From contig OZ024760.1 of the NCBI GenBank assembly GCA_964016885.1, positions 5,332,001 to 5,396,000 on the forward strand: a stretch of DNA of 64,000 nucleotides, in the 5' to 3' direction. Below the pieces are notes generated by a model that searched no databases, was not told the DNA's origin, and saw only the letters and a program-made list of their open reading frames with translations. Of the stretch, positions 25,820 through 64,000 are shown one piece after another. The translations under genes and the position numbers were made by a program. Position 1 is the stretch's first letter. Every line of letters starts with the position of its first letter. The DNA is from Eledone cirrhosa (lineage: Eukaryota).

Positions 25820-27573
25820 TATAGTGTATATAGTACACATATATATATATATATATACACATATATATATATATATACACATATATATATATATATACAC
25901 ATATATATATATATACACATATATATATATATATACACATATATATATATATATATACACATATATATATATATATATACACATATATATATATACACAT
26001 ATATATATATACACATATATATATATATACACATATATATATATACACATATATATATATACACATATATATATATATACACATATATATATATATACAC
26101 ATATATATATATATACACATATATATATATATACACATATATATATATATACACATATATATATATATACACATATATATATATATACACATATATATAT
26201 ATATATACACATATATATATATACACATACATATATATATATACACATACATATATATATATATACACACATACATATATATATATACACATACATATAT
26301 ATATATACACACATACATATATATATATACACATACATATATATATATACACACATACATATATATATATACACATACATATATATATATATACACACAT
26401 ACATATATATATATACACACATATATATATACACATATATATATATACACATATATATATATACACATATATATATATACACATATATATATATATACAC
26501 ATATATATATACACACACATATATATATACACACATATATATATATATATATACGCATATATATATTTACACACATATATATATATATATATACACATAT
26601 ATATATTTACACACATATATATATATACACATATACATATATATATATACACATATACATATATATACACATATATATATACACATATACATATACATAT
26701 ATATATATACACATATACATATATATACATATATATATATACACATATACATATATATACATATATATATACACATATATATATATACATATATATATAT
26801 ATACACATATACATATATATATACACATATACATATATACACATATACATATATATATATATACACATACATATATATACACATATACATATATATACAC
26901 ATATACATATACATACACATATACATATATATACACATATACGCTGGTATGGACATGTGATGCGTATGAAGGATGACAGCTGCATAAAAAGGTGCAGAGC
27001 ACTAGAAGTTGATGGAAACCGCGGAGTGGGGAGACCCAAGATGACTTGGGATGAGGTGATAAAAGCCGACCTTACCCAACTACACCTCTCAAAGTCAATG
27101 ACACACGACCGTGACTTCTGGCGTCACGCAGTAATACAGGGTACCCGACCTCCCATGGGTACATGCTGAAGCATATAAACAATATGCCCCCCCCCCCCCC
27201 CCCACCGCAAGGTGGTCGTGGAGGTGCCACGGCAAAAAAGCACCCAGCCCACACTGTAAAGTGGACGTGTAGGCGCCACGAAAAAGCACCCAGCACTCAC
27301 TGTAAATGAGGTTGGTGTTAGGAAGGGCATCCAGCTGTAGAAATCAAGCCAGATCAGTTCCTGTATGAGCAAGGCATGGTCAGCCGACCAGACACTGCCC
27401 ACAACAGGACAACCCGTCTAACCCATGCTAGCGTGGAAGAACGGACGTAAAACGGTGATGATGATGATGATGATGATACATATATATATATACACATATA
27501 CATATATAGACATATACACACATATACACACATATACATATATATACATACACATATACATATACACATATAC

Positions 27574-27622
<49 letters not shown>

Positions 27623-28045
27623 TATATATACATATATATACATACATATATATATACACACATACATATATATATACACACATACATATATATATACACA
27701 CATACATATATATACATATATATATATATACATATGTATATATATACATATGTATATATACACATGTATATATACACATGTATATATACACATGTATATA
27801 TACACATGTATATATACACACATATATATATACACATATATATATATACACATATATATATATACACATATATATATATACACACATATATATATACACA
27901 CATATATATATATACACATATATATATATACACATATATATATATATACACATATATATATATATACACATATATATATATATACACATATATATATATA
28001 TACACATATATATATATATACACATATATATATATATACACAATA
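25820..28045. repeat. (TA)n/CA compound microsatellite field, interrupted by an RTE fragment
   Basis: Direct inspection. Confidence 0.95.
26938..27478 (+). mobile_element. Short 3' fragment of the same RTE LINE family, inserted in a (TA/CA)n array
   Basis: [18 protein letters not shown]... near-identical to 44345-44860; (GAT)n tail. Confidence 0.9.
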
Positions 28046-28078
28046 TATTAATAAATGGAAACTATATTTATAAAACCA

Positions 28079-28144
28079 TATTTTATTATATATATTTCAA
28101 GGGCAACCAAGGCAAATTATGGTGCACTTTCATCAGATAAAATA
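28079..28144 (-). ncRNA. Minimal hammerhead motif (left arm)
   Basis: Near-exact reverse complement of 28273-28338. Confidence 0.7.
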
Positions 28145-28272
28145 CAGATTTGTTTTATAAATAAATATTGACATACCCAGAAAAAAAGACGACCTTAATG
28201 GTAGGAAGCTCCAACTGTTAAGGTTGTCTTTTTTTTCCGGGTATTTCAATATTTATTTATAAAACAAATCTG

Positions 28273-28338
28273 TATTTTATCTGATGAAAGCGCACCATAA
28301 TTTGCCTTGGTTGCCCTTGAAATATATATAATAAAATA
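28273..28338 (+). ncRNA. Minimal hammerhead motif (right arm)
   Basis: TATTTTAT-CTGATGA-AAGCGCACCA..TGGTTGCCCTT-GAAATATATATA-ATAAAATA; perfect 8-bp stem I. Confidence 0.75.
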
Positions 28339-28465
28339 TGGTTTTATAAATATAGTTTCCATTTATTAATATATTGTGTATTTACTCCACTAATTTGTTG
28401 AGTGCTTTATATCAGTTATAAACATTTTTAAGCTTGTTGAATCCCAACAAATTAAATATAACCTC

Positions 28466-28512
<47 letters not shown>

Positions 28513-28849
28513 ATGGAGGCGGTAAAAACCAGTTAGACCATTACTCACCAGAGTACTCGATACTTAGGGTAATACAGTGGGTAATATGAAAAAATCCGGG
28601 ACCCTGACAGCTGAACTCTGGCCATTTCAACAACTGGATCTGTTGACACAGCTGGAGCTCAGCTGTTGGGGTCTCAGATTTTTTCATATTTATATATATA
28701 AGGTAGATTACATGACAATTTCTTGACAAAGGAATTAAATGCTATCTCCTGTATTTGCATGAAATCAATTAAATAATGTATTGAACCTTGACTTGATGAT
28801 TGTTTATTCATTGAATAAACAATCATAAATTGTTTATATATATCATCAA

Positions 28850-29180
28850 CATTTCATTTTACGTCCGCTTTTCCCTGCTAGCAAGGGTGGGACGGGAACT
28901 GATTCTGGCTTGATTTCTACAGCTGGATGCCCTTCCTAACACCAACCTCATTTACAGTGAGTGCTGGGTGCTTTTTTTCCGTGGCACCTCCACGACCACT
29001 TTGCAGTGGAATGATAGGGACCCCAGTCCCTATCATCTCATTTCTACAGCTGAGGAAACTGGAGCAATGTGAAATAAAGTGACTTGCTCAAGGAAGCAAC
29101 ACATCACCCGGTCTGAGAATTGAACTCACAACCTTTCGATTGCAAGGCCAATGCTCTAACCACTAAGCCATGTGCCTCCA
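28850..29180 (-). mobile_element. SINE family 1 copy
   Basis: Reverse complement of 40892-41239. Confidence 0.88.
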
Positions 29181-29240
29181 TATATATGATATATGTGTGG
29201 GCCATCGAGGTCTTCTCTGTGTGTTTTGGATCTTTTCAAA

Positions 29241-29284
<44 letters not shown>

Positions 29285-31002
29285 GGGCCATTGAGGTGAT
29301 CTCAGTGAACATGATACCGTTGCAAATGTTTGTGTGCAAGATATATTATAAAACAGATATGTGAGCCATACATAGACTAAACAAAGAAAAAAAAAATCAA
29401 AAGTGGGTCATTATATAAAAAGCAATGACTGAGTGAGATAATGAAAGGGTTGAAAGTGGGACCATTGCTTAACTGTGATAAGAACAACAAGAAGTCTAAC
29501 TTTTTTATATTATCTTATCAGCAATACCATTATAGATTGAATGTTTGTTGGGTCTTAAGAGAAGTATTGATATATTTAAAAATATATTTTATGAAGAGAA
29601 AACAAAACAAAATACCCAGTTAAATATAGAAAAATCATTAGTCTGTACAAAACCTATTATTATGGAGAAAACAACATTTCTATAGAAAGAATTTTTCTTC
29701 ATTTTGTTCTAAAATAGATTAACTTTGTAAACCGATTTTGTAAAGATGCAGTTATTTATAGTTGATTTTATTAAAATCTGTATCTAACTAGTCCTATCTA
29801 TCTAATTAATTAATTAATTAATAAGGCAACGAATTGGCAAAAGTGTAACTAGGGTAGGGCAAGTATGGCACGTGCCATGGGTGCTACTTGGACTAGGAGC
29901 ATACTCTCCTAAAGTCAAATATGCCTCGTCAGAGAGTGAAAAAAGAAACTCCTTCAGATGTATGACCTGTCTTTGATTGCCATGGGTGAGAACACTATGG
30001 TGGCTGGATCATTAAACCATTTATATAAATTATTAGGGCCATAGGTAAAAAACAAAGTACTGGGCAGGGGTGCAATTTCACTGCTTGCCATAGGGGCTAT
30101 TTTACCTAGTTATGCATCTGATCATTAGTAAATTTTTCCAATTTACCCCCACATGATTATAGAGTGATCTCTTCAACCACATAGCCATATGTGACCCATC
30201 CCCTACACATATAGATAGATTTTCTAAAAGCTTAAATAATATTTATTTTAAAAAAATACATGGGGCAATGTAAACAGTGTTTCTGGTCAACTTCTGTTCC
30301 ATAAGGCTGTGGAGTTGGCTCAATTTACCCTCATGGGCTGGTCAACTTCTGTTCATAAGGCTGTGGATTTAGTTCAATTTACCTCGAGAGGCTGGTTAAC
30401 TTATGTTTGTAATTTTGTGGATTCACTAGTTGGATCTGGCTATATTTAGTAGTACGTGCAGGCCCACAAGTACAAACCCAAGTAGTTGCACTCATATCAG
30501 GCTATTACACTATCATATCCGTGTTGTCCGACATTACAAAGTCTACTTTTATCTTTTATCTTACGATTTCCTGTGAGGTGGAGCGAATGAATGAATGATC
30601 ATTTATCTCTAATCTTCTTGAGAGGGTAGTGAAAGATTATTGATGGAATTGCTTTTCTCATAACCTCATTAAAGTCTAAAGTCTGTCTCAAGCCTGGAGG
30701 CTAGCATGGGTTATATATATATATCCCTTCAACACACTAACACACCCATGCAACTCCCTACCATCCACCCTGGACCTATAGCACCCCTCTAATCCTTATA
30801 TTTTTCACTTTTTAATTTCCTTCCTTAAACTTCCCTTACTACTCCTCAAAGTTTCTGTTCTTCCCCTATCCGAACTTATCTGAAGAAGGACATCTGTCCG
30901 AAAAGTTGAAACCTCCACTTGCACCAAGTATGAACCTAATATAACTGTGTACAATTGCCTCCTGTGTTTTGTTTGTTCATTTTCAATTATATATATATAC
31001 AT

Positions 31003-31119
31003 GAAAAGATTAAGGACCCCGACGGCTGAGCTCCGGCCGTTTTGACAGCTAGATCTGAACTGTTTCGATCTAGTTGTCAAAACAGACGGAGCTCAGCCGT
31101 TAGGGTCCTGAATCTTTTC
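31003..31119. other. Long fold-back hairpin heading a dispersed repeat; relatives at 28584-28689 and 50592-50667
   Basis: Arms of about 53 bp are complementary; the hairpin is followed by the shared CTATTACCCACTCTACTACC..GAGTACTCTGGTGCGTTATGGTCC. Confidence 0.8.
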
Positions 31120-33496
31120 CTATTACCCACTCTACTACCCGAAGTATTGAGTACTCTGGTGCGTTATGGTCCACCTAGTATCTTACCATACCCTCTTTGT
31201 TATCATCATCATCGTTTTATGACCATTCTTCCACACTAACATGGGTTAGACGGGTTGTCCTGTTGTGGGCAATGCTAGGGCAGGTGACCATGTGTTGCTC
31301 ATACGGAAATATATACATATATATTATTGGTGTATATATATATTGGTATTAAGTAGGGCATCCAGCCCTAGAAAACCAGCCAGAAACACCCCTATTTGAG
31401 CGAGACACAGCCACCCGATACAACTTGCCTTAAAATAGGACCCGTCTAACCCATGCTAGCGTGGAAGATGGACGTTAATCGATGATGATGATGGTGATCA
31501 TATATACACCAACTGAAATCAGTTTCCTAACAAAATAGATAACAAGTCTCCATGTCTTGAATATTCGGTAGAAAATCTAATCTTGAAATAAAGACAAAGA
31601 TATCTTCAAGAAATACAAAATATTAATTCAATGTCATTTATTTAAATATTCCAGTCTTCAAATTCAATTTTTAAATTAAAAAAAAAAATTATAAATTAAA
31701 AACAAACAAACAAACAAACAAAAAAACAAACAAAACAAAACGAAAACAGTAAAGATATATTTTAATAAGTTAATTAATATTTTAATTAATTGATTGATTC
31801 GTTTAGTTTCCTTCCTGGTTTTTTTAATGACATTTCTGTCAACAATGTAAAATAGTTGTTTTTTTAATGTCTTTTTTAAAAATTCTTTTTTTAAATAACA
31901 TAAAAATTATTTACAACTTAGTAGGAGTAGGAGGAGGGGAAGAAATAATAAAATGGGGGGTTGGGGGGGGGGGGCAGAGAAGGGGGGTAAGATGGAAAAG
32001 AAGAGAGAGGGGTGAGGGGAGAAGTAAGGTGGAAGAGAAGAGAGGGGTGGGTGAAAGGGGGAAGTAAGATGGAAGAGAAGAGAGAGGGGTGGAGGTGGGA
32101 GGGGAAAATAAGATGGAAGAGAAGAGAGAGGGGTGGAAGGGGAAGTAATCTGGAAGAGGAGAGAGAGAGAGGTTGTGGGAGGAGGGAAGTAAGATGGAAG
32201 AGGAGAGAGAGAAGTGGTAGGAGGGGCTGAGCTGAAGAGGTAGGGATAAGGCGGGAAGAGGATATATATATATATAAAACAAAAAAAAAATAACATAAAA
32301 CTGAAATAAATCAGATTCAACTAAACTGGAGAGATCTTGGTTATAATGGTGCCACACTTTGGCAAGATATTGTTTTGTTAGATGTCACAGGTGAAGGTGA
32401 GGTGTTGGTAGGGAGAGAGAGAGGGGGTACAGGAGAGACGGCAGAGGAGTTGTACACCCTCACCCAACAGTTCACCCAGCCCTAATTTCGGATGTGGTTG
32501 TAGTTTAGTTAACACCGAAAGGATATTTGTTTAAAAACAAAAAAAAAACAAAAAAAAAACATTTTAATGGGTTATTTTTTTCTTTTAAGTGTCTTTTTTC
32601 ACACAGAGGGGTTAGTGAGGAAGGGGATAGTTGGGTGGTGGTGTGAGTGAGGGACACGAAACGACCCCTCCCCCCTCTCCACACCACCACCACCACCTTC
32701 CCTCCTGACCAAAGGAGAGAGAGAGATAATTTATTATTTCACCTAAATGGATGGATGGAACGAAATACAAATTTGATGAAGATGAGTGAATGTTGCGATG
32801 TTAAAATATTGAGATGTTGAAATGTTTAAGATGTTTAAAAGATGTTAAGATGCTGTTTGTCGTCTGTCATCATCGTCGTCCGTCGGTTTTGCAGAGAGAA
32901 TGTTTAGTTAAAGACATCTTTTTATAACTTTGTGGACAATAAACCCAGGTGGGGGAGGATCACGTTTCCATTGTTATTGCAGACATCGTCTGAAAAAATG
33001 AAAATGTAAATAATATAAATAACAAATACTGGCTAATAACCATCACATGGAAAACCCAGCATCCACATACTCCCTCCACAACACTAATATCAAGAAATCT
33101 TCTTGTGAACGTGACCTGGGCATTATGGTCAGCAGCGTTGGACAAAGCACAACTCTAAAATGAAACAGTTCTAGTCTTGTAGAAGCCGTTTCTATATAAA
33201 ATAATGATGTGTTAGGCAATACAATCCTTCTTCTCCAGTTACCATATATAATCGAATATAAACCGAGGAATATGTGACCAAAATAATCGATAGTAGTTGA
33301 TTTGGAGGAGGAGGTTATATTCAAAGTTAGTGATTTTGATGATTTTCACTAACTTCATATTCTACGTAAATAAGGTGTTTGGATTTTTGGCCATTCCTCT
33401 GACTCAAGATAGTGGGGTAGGCTTATATTCGAGTATGTTCGGTGTTTCAATAAAGGAAAAAGAATTCCCTCCTTCCTTCGTACTTACTTAACAATG

Positions 33497-63010
<29,514 letters not shown>

Positions 63011-63190
63011 TGTCAGTCAATTGTTTAGCAGGAAATTGTATGATTCAAGTGAAACCCATCTGGAAAAAACAAGGGAGATAACTGAACTTAAACCGTTTTA
63101 ATACAAGACAATGGTGCGGAAGTCTTTGATACCATGAAGACAATGGTGTTTAACTCTTTTGATGCCAAACACCAAGACAATGGAACTTAA

Positions 63191-63412
63191 CCCTTTAGCA
63201 TTTAAACTGGCTGTGTCCGGCCAGAATTCTCTCACCTATTTCTGTTTAAACCGGCGATAACCGGTCACTCATACTGATGTTAAGGTATTGTTCTCAAAAT
63301 AAATAATATGAAAATTTCATAGATTTGATCTTATGTGAGATAATTATGTAAAATAAAGTTTTTACTATGAAAATACAATAGTATAATATAGAATAATGTA
63401 AATGCTAAAGGG
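63191..63412. mobile_element. piggyBac-like MITE; inverted copy at 39293-39726 (split by a SINE); partial copies at 39176 and 52965
   Basis: TTAA-CCCTTTAGCATTTA ... TAAATGCTAAAGGG-TAAA. Confidence 0.75.
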
Positions 63413-63769
63413 TAAACCTTTTTGATATAAAGCCTGAAGACAACGGCACAACTCTTTTGATACCAAGCTCTGGCTTGTCCCCAGGCTTTGGTGCTCAGGA
63501 GTGGCTTTAGAACATTCTAGCTGGATACTGTAATACACAACAATTCTGAGGCAGATTTTCGGAATGAGGATATATATCACCTATATCTCTTCCTCATTCC
63601 CCCTCAATCAGAACAGACACCAACTCCTGTTTTCATGCAAGATACTATCTTTGCACAAATAACCAATGAGCTGTAGGACAGATTATTTATGCAGAACATA
63701 AAAACAATTACGATGATGGTGACGAGGATGTTGATGGTGGTGATGGTGGTGGTGGCGATGATAACAACA

Positions 63770-63801
<32 letters not shown>

Positions 63802-63921
63802 AATGATGAATATGTGTTCCATATGTTAGATGTGAGTTTGAAGAATTTCAAGAATGCATGAGACTATATCTAGTCTGCGTGTAACAAAGGCAGTTGTTAT
63901 ATAATATATGTATATATATAT

Positions 63922-63960
<39 letters not shown>

Positions 63961-64000
63961 TATATATATATATATATACACACACATATATATATATATA

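Noticed and set aside
25719-28140. Long YI/HT-repeat ORFs (also at 22396-23078, 37110-38097, 1301-3034, 47102-47785)
   Set aside because: Microsatellite artefacts; only the tail of 25787-27169 is real coding-derived sequence (an RTE fragment).
30872-30915. CTGAAGA-AGGACA(TC)TGTCC-GAAA as an active hammerhead
   Set aside because: Core and stem II are present, but stem III, the NUH site and stem I are broken; counted only as a degenerate copy.
63418-63670. Additional upstream coding exon of the kinase
   Set aside because: There are stops in all frames after the CAG acceptor, and the ATG at 63010 already has an upstream in-frame stop; at most a 5'-UTR exon.

Overview
Eukaryotic, AT-rich, very repeat-dense DNA. 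The SINE, RTE and microsatellite content looks like an octopus (coleoid cephalopod) genome; that is inference from repeat style. Two protein genes are well supported. (1) An intact PGM2-family phosphoglucomutase/phosphopentomutase whose 603-aa CDS has no introns (19988-21799, +), probably a retrogene. (2) A complete LMTK/AATK (lemur tail kinase)-like gene on the minus strand, hand-assembled from 11 GT-AG exons with matching phases (ATG 63010, stop 33497, about 904 aa). Its beta-3 catalytic lysine is replaced by Gln, making it a candidate pseudokinase. A possible first coding exon of a third gene lies at 5208-5304 (-). The rest is LINE fragments (CR1/L2-like, RTE, Tx1/L1), three tRNA-derived SINE families, hAT/mariner/piggyBac/Harbinger-like MITEs, and mini- and microsatellites. 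The most striking non-coding signals are about a dozen minimal type-I hammerhead ribozyme motifs from about six sequence families, four pairs of them in back-to-back palindromes and one family tied to a Penelope-like GIY-YIG fragment, and a non-coding ~606-609 bp element with terminal redundancy and a fixed 3' end. Most long ORFs in the supplied track are microsatellite artefacts. Coordinates were counted by hand; repeat boundaries are approximate.
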